Part shown: piece by piece, positions 45,199 to 59,200 of the stretch
Numbering within the stretch: the stretch's first letter is position 1
How the letters are laid out: each line of letters begins with the position of its first letter
From: Anaeramoeba ignava BMAN
Taxonomy: Eukaryota > Protista > Anaeramoebae
Assembly (NCBI GenBank): GCA_028826165.1
Contig: JAPDFW010000059.1
Span: 744,001-808,000, forward strand
Length of the DNA stretch: 64,000 nucleotides
Reading direction: 5' to 3'
Program-made: the position numbers and the translations under genes
The notes under the pieces: model-generated
Database searches by the model: none
What the model saw: only the letters and a program-made list of their open reading frames with translations
Told to the model about the DNA's origin: nothing

Positions 45199-48100
45199 AT
45201 GGATCAATTTAATTTAAGAAAAAAAATTCTTGAAAAATTAAAAATAAGAGGTTTTTCAATTCGTCCAAATGCAATGAAACAACTTATTGATTTTATTTTT
45301 AATCAAAATATTGAAAATATTTCTGATTCAACTGATTTAATAATTGAAGAAATTGTCCAAACAATAATTACATTTGCAAAAGAAGGAATTAAACAACAAT
45401 CAAAAAGTTTGAAATGAAAAATCAAAATTAAAATTTAAAATTAAAATTCAAAATTAAAATCAAAATCAAAATCAAAATCAAATTTAAAATCAAATTAAAA
45501 TTAAAATTAAAATTAAAATTAAAATCTAAATCAAAATCAAAATCAAAATCAAAATCAAAATCAAAATCAAAATCAAAATCAAAATCAAAAATCAAATCAA
45601 AATCAAATTTAAAATTAAAATCAAAATTAAAATCAAAATTAAAATTAAAATTTAAAATTAAAATCAAAATTAAAATTAAAATCAAAATCAAAATCAAATT
45701 CAAAATCAAAATCAAAATTAAAATTAAAATTAAAATCAAAATCAAAATCAAAATCAAAATCAAAATCAAAATCAAAATCAAAATTAAAATCAAAATCAAA
45801 ATTAAAATTAAAATTAAAATCAAAATTAAAATTAAATTAAAATCAAAATCAAAATTAAAATTGTTTTTTCTTTTGGATAATTTTTTAAAGATGCAATTAT
45901 TGATCTTGATATTGTAACTAAAATTATTACTAAATTCCAAAATCAAGATACAAAAAATATAGAAACTGAAAATTTAGTTAAAGAATTATCAGTAATTTCT
46001 GCACTAAATCATCCAAAATATTCATATTCAAATAATTTAAATGGAGATTTAATTATGAATTCTCAAAAAATAAACGATTTACTTGGTGATTCAAATATAA
46101 AAACAAATATGTTTATAGAAAGATTTGAAATTGTGAGAAGAAGATTAGAAAGAAATTCATTATTTTCAAATAATTTAAATTCATTTCAAGTGATTTTATT
46201 TTAAAAATTTATTCTCTTTTTTTCTAATTCATTAATTTTTTTATAAATTTTTCTATTTTTGTTTGCTTTAGTTAACTCCAGTTAATGCTTTATTAGGTTT
46301 AAGGAATCAAACTATAGTTTGTGGAATGATTTATAAATTAGAAGATGGAGGATTTTATTTAGAAGATAAAACTGGCACAATTAAACTTAATCTGGAAAAT
46401 ACAATATCCTTTTATTCATTTTCAATTCAAAATCAAAATCAAAATTAAAATTAAAATCAAAATAAAAATCAAAATCAAAATTAAATTCAAAATCAAAATT
46501 GAAATCAAAATTGAAAATCAAAATATAAATCAAAATATAAATCAAAATCAAAATTGAAAATCAAAATTAAAATTAAAATCAAAATTGAAAATCAAAATTA
46601 AAATTAAAATTAAAATTAAAATCAAAATCAAAATCAAAATTAAAATCAAAATCAAAATTAAAATCAAATCAAAATCAAAATCAAAATATAAATCAAAATC
46701 AAAATCAAAATAAAAATCAAAATCAAAATCAAAATCAAATTCAAATTCAAAATTAAAATCAAATTCAAAATATAAATCAAAATCAAAATTAAAATCAAAA
46801 TCAAAATCAAAATCAAAATCAAAATCAAAATCAAAATCAAAATCAAAATCAAATTAAAATTCAAAATCAAAATCAAAATCGAAATATAAATCAAAATCTA
46901 AATCAAATTCAAAATTAAAATCTAAATATAAATGAAAATCAAAATCAAAATCAAAATATAAATTAAAATTAAATTCAAAATCAAAATAAAATCAAAATCA
47001 AAATCAAAATTAAAATGAAAATGAAAATCAAAATCAAAATCAAAATTAAAATCAAAACCAAAATCAAAATCAAAATCTAAATCAAATTCAAAATTAAAAT
47101 TAAAATCAAAATCAAAATCAAAATCAAAATCAAAATTAAAATTAAAATTAAAATCAAAATCAAAATTAAAATCAAATTCAAAATCAAAATCAAAATCAAA
47201 ATTAAAATTAAAATCAAAATCAAAATTAAAATTTAAATTAAAATCAAAATTAAAATCAAAATCAAAATCAAAACCAAAATTAAAATGAAAATCAAAATTA
47301 AAATTTTCTTTGATTATCAATTCATTTTCAATACAATATAACAACTGGAGTATTTACTGAAACTTGTATTGTTTTAGTTGAAGGATATTGTGAAGGAGAT
47401 GCTTTTATTGCTGAAACTCTTGGATTTCCACCATGTGAGAAACGAGAAGAAACAATAAAAGCACTTGGATATACTTTAAATAGAGGAGGATTAGAAATGT
47501 TTGATTCACAAATTACTATTCAAGATTATGTGATTTATCGAATTTATTTTATTTTTTATTTCTTTTTATTTATTTAACATTTTATTATTATTTTTTGCAT
47601 ATTTTTTCAAACAGAATCAAATTATTCAAATAGAAAAAGATGATCTTGATAAACAGATTATTTTTGTTTCTGAAATAAATTTTGATCAACAAGAATCCTT
47701 TGATAATTTAGATTTATTATTTCAAGGATTTAATGTAGAAAATTGTCCTTCAATGTTTGTTCTTATTGGAAATTTTACAAAATCAATTTTCCGAAAGTAA
47801 GGAATTATTTTAAATTGAATATTAATTTAAATCTTTAATTTGATTTAAATATATTTAATTTAAATATTTTTGATTTAAATATATTTGATTTAAATATTTG
47901 ATTTAAATATTTGATTTAAATATTTGATTTAATTTGATTTAAATATATTTGATTTAAATATTGATTTAAATATTTTATTTAAATAAAATTTGATTTAAAT
48001 ATTTGATTTAAATATTTGATTTAAATATTTGATTTAAATATTTGATTTAAATATTAATTTAAATATTAATTTAAATATTTGATTTAAATTGAATATTAAT

Positions 48101-50786
48101 TTAAAATATATTTGATTTAAATATTTAATTTAAAAATATATTTGATTTAAAATATATTTGGATTTAAATATTTGATTTTAATTTGATTGATTTAAATAAT
48201 TTGATTTAAAATAATTTGATTTAAATATTTGATTTTAAATATTTGATTTAAATATTTGATTTAAATATTTGATTTAAATATATTTGATTTTAAAAAATAT
48301 ATTTCATTTTAAATATTTTGATTTTGATTTAAATATTTGATTTAAATATTTATTTTGATTTTTTAAAATTTGATTTTAAAATATTTGATTTAATTTAATA
48401 AATTTAAAATATATTTGATTTAAATATTTGATTTAAATATTTGATTTAAATATTTGATTTAAATATTTGATTTAAATATTTGATTTAAATATTTTGATTT
48501 AAATATATTTGATTTAAATCTTTAATTGATTTAAATATTGATTTAAATAAAAATATTGATTTAAATAATTCAGGATTAAAAGATTTAAATATTGATTTAA
48601 ATTTATTTAATTTTTAAAAATTGATTTAAATTAAAAATCTTGAAATAGATTTAACAAAATTCCTTTTCGGTAAATTGTTTTGATTTTCTTTTTGCATTTT
48701 TATTTTTAATCAAAATTTTCTTTTTCATTATTATTTCAAAAAGACTGTTTTTTCAAAAGAAATATAATAGCTATTACAAAAATGATTGAAATTCATTCTT
48801 CCAATTTGTCAAAATTTAACAACACTAAACCTAAATATTGTTTTTAAATTAAAAGGACCTTTAAAATTCAGGATTAAAAGATGTTATACCAAAATATTCA
48901 AAAATTAAAATCAAAATATTTTATTCGTTCTATATTCACAAAAATATAAATCAAAATTAAAAATCAAAATCAGAATTACAATCAAAATTTCAAATAAAGT
49001 CCATTTCAAAACAACAAATCCAAAATATAAATTTTCGGTAAATTGTTTTGATTTTCTTTTTGCATTTTTATTTTTAATCAAAATTTTTCTTTTTCATTAA
49101 AATTATTATCAAAAAAAATCCGTTTTTATCAAAAGAAATTGTTATTTATAGAGATGATATTACAAAAAAAATGATTAGAAAAAATCAAAATTCTTCCAAT
49201 TCTTGATCAAAAATAACAAATTTAAAATCAAAATCAACATGTAAACCTAAATATAAAATCAAAATCAAAATAAATCAAAATCAAAATCAAAATCAAAATC
49301 AAAAAATCAAAATCAAAATCAAAATCAAAATCAAAATCAAAAAAAATCAAAAAAAAATCAAAATCAAAATCAAAATCAAAAATAAAATCAAAATCAAAAT
49401 CAAAATAAAAATCAAAAAATCAAAATTCAAAAAAATCAAAATCAAAAATCAAAATATAAAATTAAATCAAAAATATAAATCAAAATAAAAATAAAATCAA
49501 AATCAAAATCAAAATCAAAATAAATCAAAAATCAAAATATAAATCAAAATAAATCAAAAAAATCAAAAAAATCAAAATCAAAATTAAAATCAAAATCAAA
49601 AATATAAATTAAAAAAAATCAAAAATAAATCAAAATTAAAAAATCAAAATCAAAATCAAAATCAAAAATAAAAAAATCAAAATCAAAATCAAAAAAAATC
49701 AAAATCAAAATCAAAATCAAAATCAAAATTAAAATCAAAAAAAATCAAAATCAAAATCAAAATCAAAATCAAAATCAAAATCAAAAATCAAAATCAAAAT
49801 ATAAATCAAAATATAAAATCAAAATATAAATTAAAATAAAATAAATATAAAAAAATCAAAATATAAATCAAAATTTAAAATAAATCTAAAATCAAAATCT
49901 AAAATCTAAATCAAAATCAAAATATAAATTAAAGAATCAAAATATAAATTAAAATCAAAATATAAATCAAAATCAAAATCAAAATTAAAATCAAAATCAA
50001 AATCAAAATCAAAATCTAAATCAAAATCAAAATCAAAATATAAATTAAAATATAAATCAAAATCTAAATCAAAATCTAAATCAAAATCTAAATCAAAATC
50101 AAAATCAAAATATAAATTAAAATATAAATTAAAATATAAATTCAAAATCTAAATCTAAATCTAAATCTAAATCAAAATCAAAATCTAAATCTAAATCTAA
50201 ATCAAAATCAAAATATAAATTAAAATCAAAATATAAATTAAAATATAAATTAAAATCAAAATTAAAATCAAAATCAAAATCAAAATCAAAATCAAAATCA
50301 AAATATAAATTAAAATCAATATATAAATCAAAATCAAAATCAAAATCAAAATCTAAATATAAATTAAAATCAAAATTAAATCAAAATAAATTAAAATCAA
50401 AATTAAAATCAAAATCAAAATTAAAATCAAAATCAAAATCTAAATGAAAAAGGTTGCAAAAACTATTCTTGATCAAGGTCATCTTTCTCCATTCCCTCTT
50501 CATATTAAACCAATTATCTGCAATTTAGATCATTCTTTAAGATTATTTCCAACTCCACATTCAGTAAAATTAAATTTAAAAATTAAAATTAAAAATTGTT
50601 TTAAATTTTGTTTTTGTTTTTGTTTTTGTTTTTAAAAAGATGGTTTTATGTGATAATTTTGATACTTTTGAAGGTTCTTATGAAGGATGTCATTATTTTA
50701 ATCCAGGATTATTTTCTATTGAATCTTCTTTTGTTGTTTATTATCCATTAACAGATGAAGTTGAATTTTCAAGAATAAAAAAATAA
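45199..50786 (+). CDS. POLE2: DNA polymerase epsilon subunit B (central exons garbled)
   Basis: Exons 45199-45406, 45891-46189, 46272-46403, 47335-47529, 47615-47796, corrupt exons ~48850-49260, then 50453-50563 and 50640-50786. Motifs FYLEDKTGTIKLNL, TGVFTETCIVLVEG, GFPPCE, MFVLIGNF, KTILDQGHLSPFP, DHSLRLFPTPH, FNPG. Confidence 0.92.
46404..47334 (+). other. U12-type (minor spliceosome) AT-AC intron in POLE2
   Basis: 5' end ATATCCTTTT; branch-site-like TTTTCTTTGAT at 47304-47314; 3' end ...CAATAC. Phase-0 removal gives LNLENT|NITTGVFTE in frame. Confidence 0.88.
47820..48600. repeat. (TTGATTTAAATAT)n satellite within a POLE2 intron
   Basis: Same family as the arrays at 19800 and 29460. Confidence 0.9.
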
Positions 50787-50903
50787 AAGAAAAAAAAAAA
50801 AAGAAAACTATTTAAGAATAAAAAATTTTTTTTTTCATTTTTCATTTTTCATTTTTCATTTTTAATTTAAAAAAAATTTGATTTTTGATTTTTGATTTTA
50901 AAA

Positions 50904-51914
50904 ATGTCAAAAGATTTATTAACATTTGGGAATATTCAATTTCAAAATGAAGAAAAAGCAGGAATCCAAAGTCAATTAATTCAAAAAATAGATTCCAAAC
51001 ATTTATCAACAAGACCTGGACCAGGAAATCGAAAATTAGAATATTTGCCATCATGGAAAGTAATTGATCTAGCGAACCGAACATTTGGATTTAACGGATG
51101 GAGTTCAAGAATCATAACTGTCAATCAAGAGTTTATTGAGATCAAACCAAATAATAGATGCACTGCAATGTTTTCAACAATTCTTAGAATAACCTTAAAG
51201 GATGGCACTTATCATGAAGATATTGGTTTCGGTTGTAGTGAAAATCAACCCTCAAAAATTTCCGCTATTGAAAATGCTAAAAAGGAAAGTGTTACTGATG
51301 CTTTGAAACGCTGTTTGCGTTTGTTTGGAAATTATCTTGGAAATGGTTTGGCTGTTTCTTCAATTTCTTTTGAAAGACATGATTTAACTATGCAACAAAG
51401 TCAACTTTATCAAAGTAATACTCAACAATCTTTATCTCAAGCTAATTGGGAGCAACAAAATTATGAGGAAATGAAAAAGAAGAAGAAGAAAGCGAAAAAT
51501 AAAAAAAGAAAGAAACCTGAGAAATATGAAGAGAAATTTAACAATCCAAATATTCAAAATAATCCAAATATTCAAAATCAAAATCAAAATATTCCAAATA
51601 TTCAAAATCAAAATTCAAATATTCAAAATCCAAATATTCAAAATCAAAATCAAAATATTCAAAATAATCCAAATATTCAAAATCAAAATAATATTCAAAA
51701 TAATCAAAATAATTCTTTTCAATCTCAATCTCAATCTCAAGTTGCAAGAAATATGAAAAATCAAAATTTTAATCAGATTCCTTCAAATCAAACTAATCAA
51801 AATTTCGCTCAATTCAATCATCAAAATAATCAAAATTTTATTAATGAAAATAATGGTAGACAATTCCAAACAAACAGTCAAATACAAGTTCAAAATATTT
51901 CTCGACAAATGTAG
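50904..51914 (+). CDS. RAD52: Rad52/Rad22 family DNA repair and recombination protein
   Basis: STRPGPGNRKLEYL..LANRTFGFNGWSS..LKDGTYHEDIGFG..AKKESVTDALKRCLRLFGNYLGN; N/Q-rich tail. Confidence 0.95.
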   Translation: MSKDLLTFGNIQFQNEEKAGIQSQLIQKIDSKHLSTRPGPGNRKLEYLPSWKVIDLANRTFGFNGWSSRIITVNQEFIEIKPNNRCTAMFSTILRITLKDGTYHEDIGFGCSENQPSKISAIENAKKESVTDALKRCLRLFGNYLGNGLAVSSISFERHDLTMQQSQLYQSNTQQSLSQANWEQQNYEEMKKKKKKAKNKKRKKPEKYEEKFNNPNIQNNPNIQNQNQNIPNIQNQNSNIQNPNIQNQNQNIQNNPNIQNQNNIQNNQNNSFQSQSQSQVARNMKNQNFNQIPSNQTNQNFAQFNHQNNQNFINENNGRQFQTNSQIQVQNISRQM

Positions 51915-52026
51915 TTTTGAATTTTATTTCTTCTTTTTCTTCTCTTTTTTTTTTAAATTTTTTTTTTGACTTCATTAAAAAAAAAGAAAAAATTTTTGAT
52001 TGATTTTTTGATTGATATGTTTTTTT

Positions 52027-53401
52027 TTAAATGAAAAAGCATTCAAGTTCATCAACAACCCATGAAGAATAAGAACCAGCTAAATAACTTTTAGCTTCAT
52101 TTGATCCATAAATAATTCCATTTGGTAAATTATAAGTGTGTCCAAAATTTGTATAACCTGTTTGAAGGTTTTCTTTGAGCCAAATATCTCCTCCAAAAAT
52201 TGGTCCATAATCAAAATTATAACGAAGTGCATTTTGAACTTTGGTTTCTTGAATTGGAAATTTCTCTGATTTTCGATCGTTCTTATCATTTCTTAAGGAA
52301 AAAATAAAACAATCTTCATCTGGAATGATTCTATTGTTTATCCCAGTTGTAAATCCAATTTGAGTAAATCCTCCAAAAATAAAATTATCTTTTGTTTTGA
52401 CAATAACTAATGTTTTCCCTTTATCATCAACTTTTTGATGGAAAATTTTTGATGAAAATCCATCTCTTTTGGATGAAAATCCCAATTTCATTTTGTAAAA
52501 AAATTCATCATCATTGATCCATTCTCTTAATTTATTCACATCTTTAATGCCTTGTATTGTTGTTGATTTGAATCTCATTCTTGATTTGAAAAGAAATGAT
52601 TTTTCTTGTTCAATAAATTGATTTAATTCTTTTTCATCTTGAATATTTTGGAATTGAATTAATTTTTGTGAAATTTCATTTGGAATTAAATCTTCTTTCA
52701 AAACGTTTTCAATTTGCTCTTTTGTAAAATCAATAAATCTGATTTTATCAATGACATTGGGAACTTGATTAATATTTGATTTATGTTTTCCCCATTTGAT
52801 TATTGATTGAAAAATATCAAATTCATTTGCTGAGATATTATCATTTGATAATATTGAATTTAAATGATTTTCTTCAAGTTCAAGAAAAAATGAAGTTTTG
52901 ATAAATTCTTCAAAATTTTGGAAAATAAATTGATAACAAAAATCTAATAGCTGATTGAAGTTCATTGATTCAGATAATTTAAGAACATCAACAACAAATT
53001 CAATTTGAAAATTCTTTTGGATAAAATTTGAACAAATTTCAATTAATTCATCAATTAAATATTTTGATGAAAAAATTAAAATTTGAATTGCATTTTCTAA
53101 ATTAATTTCAATTTTTCCTGAATAAAAATAATTCAAAATTAAAGATAGAATTGGACTTGAAACATCTTTTAGAATCATTTTATTTTCTTGATATTCTTTC
53201 ATTTTGGATTTAAAAAGAGATTTAAAATATTGACTTCTTGAAGAAAGAATTGATTTATGAGTTTTAAATGAAGTTTGATCTTTGCTCACAAATTATTTCA
53301 AAATCAAAATAACTTTCTTCTTCTTTTTCATTTTCATTTTGATTTTGAAATAAATTTTTTAAATCATTTGAAAGTTTTTCTAAATTTAAATAAGTTTCCA
53401 T
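52027..53401 (-). CDS. BTB-BACK-TLDc protein (apparent frameshift near 53285)
   Basis: ATG 53401 gives METYLNLEKLSNDLKNLF..YFDFEIIC, then a frame change to KDQTSFKTHKSILSSRSQYF. TLDc motifs RDGFSSKIFHQKVDDKGKTLV, FIFGGFT, WVVDELECF. Confidence 0.85.
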
Positions 53402-53466
53402 TTTAAATAAAATTTGAAAAAAGAAAAAATGAATTTTAATTTTTTCATTTTTTTTCTTTTTTAAAA

Positions 53467-55231
53467 ATGAATGAAATTATATTTTTTGGTTATAATACAT
53501 ATCCAAAACTTATCAAAAATAAACCAAATAAAATAATAAAACCAATTCAATTTAAATTTGAAAATGAAAATGAAAATGAAAATGAAAAACAAATTAAACA
53601 AATTTCATCAAGTCATTATTCAACAATTTTCCTTTTTAAAAATGAAAAAGCAATAGAATATTTAAAAGAAAATTATTCAAATCAAAATCCTTCAAAAATC
53701 CAAATTGAAGAAAATATTCAAAAAGTAACTGTTGGTTGGCAAAATGAAGCTATTTTAACAATAGAAGGAAATGTATTTGCCAAAGGAAAAGATATTAATC
53801 CAAAAAATCCAAATGAATTTATCAATATTTCATCATTAATTGAAGATACAAATGATAGAATAATTGAAGATATTGTTTCTGGTTTTTTCAATTTACTTAT
53901 TAACTTCAAATCAAAATGTTTATGGAATTGGTTTAAATGATTATGGCCAACTTGATTTTGATTCTAAAACACTTTATGAAACAGAAAAACCAATTTTAAT
54001 GATGAAAAATGTTTCTAAAATATTTTCAGGAAATTCTTCACTTCATGTTTTTATTTTAAATTCAAATCAAGAATTATTTGGATGCGGATGGAATAAATAT
54101 GGTCAACTTGGATTAGGAGAATCAAGAAAAGAAATGAAAATCCAAAAATTAACCAAAATCCAAAATATTCCAAAAGGCAAAATAATTGATATTCAATCTG
54201 GGAATTTTCATTCAATAATGTTGATTGAATATCAAAATCCAAAAAGAAAACTTTATTCATGTGGGTATTATCGATATAATGGGCTTGGCAAAGATGAAGA
54301 TACTTATGAATTTACTGAAATCAAATCATCTTTATTTGAAAATGATGATAATATTCTTGAATTTTCTGTTGGAAATTATCATACTTTGATTTTAACTTCC
54401 AATTCAAAATTGATAGGATTTGGTGATAATTATTATGATGAATTAAGAAATGGAAATACAAATACACAACTATCTCCTATTCAAATTGAACTTCCTAAAT
54501 TAAGATTTAATGAAAATATTTCCAATTATCATATCTCTTGTGGATTATGAAAAATCATTTCTTTATTATTCTCCTCTCCTTTTTCCAATCTTGAAGAAGA
54601 TTTGATAAAATTATTTGAAAGAAAAGAATTTTGCAATATTTCATTTAAAACCAAAAATGGAGAAATAATTGAAGCTCATAAATTAATATTGAAATATAGA
54701 TTAAATCAAAATGAAATTGAAAAACTTAAAGAAATTATTTCAAATAAATCAATTCAAGAATCAAATCAAATATTTGAAATGATTTATTCAAACAATTCCA
54801 AAATAAATCCAAAATTATATTCTGAAATTAAAGAAATTATAAATTCAAATGAAAAAATTGAAGAAACAATGAAAAGAATTTATTTAAATGAAAATGAAAA
54901 TGAAAATGAAAAAGATTTTATAATTGAAAGAAAAGAAAAACAATATAAATTTCCAAAATTAATATTAATAATGAGAAGTGAATTATATCGAGGAATGTTT
55001 TTATCTGTAATAAATGATAAATCTAATAAAGTTACAGATTATAGTGAATTAAGTAATAAATCATTTCAAATATTTGAATATTGGATTTATTCAAATCAAA
55101 TTAAAGAAGAAATTCAAATTACACAAGAAATTATTGATGAAATTCAAATTGGAATTGATTATTTTCAATTAAATCAAACAAATCCAAATTTATTTGATTT
55201 ATTAATTAAAAAATTTAATAATCAAAAATAA
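53467..55231 (+). pseudogene. RCC1-repeat + tandem BTB protein, disrupted (frameshifts at ~53885 and ~54547-54580); pseudogene or sequencing error
   Basis: RCC1 motifs GLNDYGQL, GCGWNKYGQLGLG, SVGNYHTLILT; BTB motifs IEAHKLILKYR and KLILIMRSELYRGMF. Confidence 0.75.
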
Positions 55232-55239
55232 TAAAAAAA

Positions 55240-55945
55240 TGAGAATAGATATAATTTAATAATTAATTTATAAATTAATTTAAAAATATAATTTAATATT
55301 TAATTTTATTATTAAAATAATAATTTAATGTTTTATATTTAAATATTTTATTATTTAAAAATATTTAACATATAAATATAAAAAAATAAGAATAGATTTA
55401 ATTTAATATTTTTAATTTATAAATTAATTTTAAAAATATAATTTAATATTTAATTTTATTATTAAAATAATAATTTAATGTTTTAGATTTAAATATTTTA
55501 TTATTTAAAATTTAACATATAAATATAGAAAATGAAAATAGATTTGATTTAATATTTAATTTATAAATAAATTTAAAAATATAATTTAATATTTAATTTT
55601 ATGTTTAAAATAATAATTTAATGTTTTAGATTTAAATATTTTATTATTTAAATATTTAACATATAAATATAAAAATGAAAATAGATTTAATTTAATATTT
55701 AATTTATAAATTAATTTAAAAATATAATTTAATATTTAATTTTATTATTAAAATAATAATTTAATGTTTTAGATTTAAATATTTTATTATTTAGATATTT
55801 AAACATATAAATATAAAAATGAAAATAGATTTAATTTAGTATTTAATTTATAAATTAATTTAAAAATATAATTTAATATTTAATTTTATTATTAAAATAA
55901 TAATTTAATGTTTTAAATTTAAATATTTTATTATTTAAAAATATT
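55240..55945. repeat. ~145-bp AT-rich tandem repeat, about 5 copies
   Basis: Marker AATAGAT at ~55244, 55391, 55537, 55680 and 55824. Confidence 0.85.
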
Positions 55946-56333
55946 TTGAAAATTGATTTTTGAAATTAAAATTTTATCTTTTTTTTTGAATTAAATTGAA
56001 TTAATATTAATTTGGAAATTTGTTTTAAAATTTAAATTTATTAATAATTTTTAAATTCCAAAAAAAAAATTAAATTAAAAATTAAATTAAAATAATTTTC
56101 CTTTTTTTTTAATAATAAAAAATTAATAAAAAATAATAATAATTTATTAATAAATTGATTTAAAATAATAAATTAAAAAGAAAATTAAATTAATTATTAA
56201 TTTAAATTTATTCTTATTTTTATATTTTTATTTATTTTCAAAATACACTTTTTATTTTAAATTTTTAAATTTTTCATTTTTCCTTTTTAAAAAACACACA
56301 AAACAAAAACACAAAAACAAAAACAAAAACAAA

Positions 56334-57951
56334 ATGGATAATAATAATGATAATAACCAAATTGAAAATGCAAATGAAAATGAAAATGAAAATGAAATGA
56401 AAAATTTAGAAAAAAAAGTAACAAAAATTTAATTAAAAATTATTCAAACCTTTTAAATGGAAATTCATTTAAAGATTTTTCAATTTTGTTGAGAATAAAT
56501 CAAATCCTTTTGAAATTAAAGTTCATAAATCAATTTTATCTTCAAGATCTCCTTTTTAATGAGTTATTAAGGCAAGAATCTCTTTCTATTTCTTTAAATC
56601 AATTTAATAAAAAGAAATGGAATCAATTTTTGAGTTATATTTATTATGGAAATATTTCTTTTTGAGAATCAAGAAAATCTTATCCAATTATTAGAAATTT
56701 CAATTTATTTTAAATTAAATTTATTGAAAGAAATTATTCAAAAAAAAATTTCAAATTCAATTAATTATTCAAATTTTTTCCAATTTTTTTTCCAAAATCG
56801 AAATTTAAATTCAAATGAAATTGAAATAAAATGTTTTGAATTAATAAATCAAAATTTTTCCCAAGTTCAAAATAATGAGAATTTATTCAATTTAACTAAA
56901 GAAGAAATTATCAAATTTATTCAATTTAAACAAGAAAAAAAAGAAATTTTTCAATTTGATTTTTTTCAATTTTTAAATAATTGGATTGAAAAAAAGAAAT
57001 CAAAGATTAAAAGGAAAAAGAAAGAAAAAGAAAACACAAAAAGAGAAAGAAATTGAAAAGAAAAGATTATTTCATTCTTTTTTTTCATTATTTGATAAAG
57101 ATTCAATTTCAAAACAAGATTTTGATAAATTAAAACAATTTGATTTTTCCTAAATCTTTTTAGTTGATATTCAAAACAAAAGTTATTCAAGAAAATCAAG
57201 AAAATTCAAGAGAAAGAAAAAGAAAATTAAAAGAAGAGAAATGGAATCAAAAAAGTTGAAAAGAATTTGAAAATAAGAAGAAAGAAAAGAGAATGAGAAA
57301 ATGAAACCCGTTTTTGGGGATGAAATTGAAGATATGAAACCTATTTTTGATAAATATCGAGATCAATATCAAAAAGATTTGGAATATGAAAAGAAAATGA
57401 AAGCATTTTCAGATTCAGAAATTGTGAAAGATATTGAATATGTTAAGAAATTACAAGAATGGATAAATGATAATGATTTTTTTTCTAAAATGAAAAAAGG
57501 ATTTTCAGCAAAAAGAGATGGATTTAATTCTCAAAATTGGCATAAAGCAGTTGATGGGAAAGGAAAAACATTAGTTATTATCAAAACAAAACAAAATTTT
57601 ATTTTTGGAGGTTTTACTCAAGTTGGATTTAAACATTCAAGTGGAGAAAATATTAATGATTCAAGTGCATTTATTTTTTCATTAAGAAATGATAAAGGGG
57701 ATAGAATACCTGCAAAGTTTACACATAATGGCAATGGTCGTGCAATTTGTTCTGGTTTAAGTTATGGTCCAGTATTTGGTGATGGAGATGATTTTAGTTT
57801 ATCTTCTAATTTACAACCTGGTTATTCAAGTTTTGGTAGAAGTTATAATCTACCTAATGGAATTAATTGGAATACAAATGAAGCTAATAGTTATTTAGCT
57901 GGTTCTTATAATTCATGGGTTGTTGATGAACTTGAAACTTATTTCATTTAA
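56334..57951 (+). pseudogene. BTB-BACK-(coiled coil)-TLDc gene with a multiply frameshifted 5' part and intact TLDc
   Basis: ATG 56334. BTB remnant EIKVHKSILSSRSP near 56513-56553 with several indels; clean TLDc ORF 57301-57951 paralogous to 52027-52560. Confidence 0.7.
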
Positions 57952-58429
57952 AAATTAATTAATAATAAGAAAATCAAACTTTTTTTTTTAATTTTTTTTT
58001 CAAAATTTAATTCAATTTTAATTTACTTTTAATCAAATTAATTTCTTTAAAATAAAAAATAAGAAACAAATTTAATTTTAAATAATTTAATTTTAATTTA
58101 AAATATTTATTAAAAATTTAATTAATAAAAAATAATCCAAAAAAAAAAATAATAAATTTTAAAAAATTGAATATTTTTAATATAATAAATAAAAATAAAA
58201 ATTGAAAATAGAAATTAATAATAATTAAATTTAAATTCATTAATTAAAATATTAAAATAAAAAAAATCAAATAAAATTTATTATTAATTAATATTTAAAT
58301 ATTAATAAATTATAATCAAAAATCAAAAAATAGAATAATTAGTAAATTATTTTTTTTAGAAAGTTTATCTTATTCAATCATGTTAAATTCAATTTATTTA
58401 AAATTTTTTAATTTTTTAATTTTATTTTT

Positions 58430-59200
58430 AATATATTTTATTATAATTAAAATTGGAATAATAAATAATCAAAAATATTAATATAATAAATAAAAATATT
58501 ATTTCAAATTAAAATAAAATAAATTTAAATTAAATTATTATTAATTATTATTAAAATTAAATATTTATATTTATTAAAATATTTATTCCACTTTTTAATA
58601 TATTTTATTATAATTAAAATTGGAATAATAAATAAATCAAAAATATTAATATAATAAATAAAAATATTATATTAAATTAAAATAAAATAAATTTAAATTA
58701 AGTTATTATTAAATATTATTAAAATTAAATATTTATATTTATTAAAATATTTCAATTTTCTTCTAAATTTTATTAAATTATTGAGAATCAGTTTTATATT
58801 ATTTTAAATAAAGAAATATTGATAAAATATATAAAATATAATTAATTTTTAAATTTAATTATTTAATATTTTTATTCCATTTTTGAAATAAATTAATTAA
58901 AATATTTTATTAATTTTATTAAATTATTGAGAATAATTTTATATTATTTTAAATAAAGAAATATTAATAAAATATATAAAAAATAATTGATTTTAAATTT
59001 AATTATTTAATATTCTTTATTCCATTTTTGAAATAAATTAATTAAAATATTTTATTAATTTTATTAAATTATTGATAATTATTTTATATTATTTTAAATA
59101 AAGAAATATTAATAAAATATATAAAATATAATTAATTTTAAATTTAATTATTTAATATTCTTTATTCCATTTTTGAAATAAATTAATTAAAAGATTTTAT
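58430..59200. repeat. Two AT-rich tandem arrays (~167 bp x2 and ~145 bp x3)
   Basis: AATTGGAATA at 58451 and 58618; AAGAAATATT at 58811, 58956 and 59101. Confidence 0.8.
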
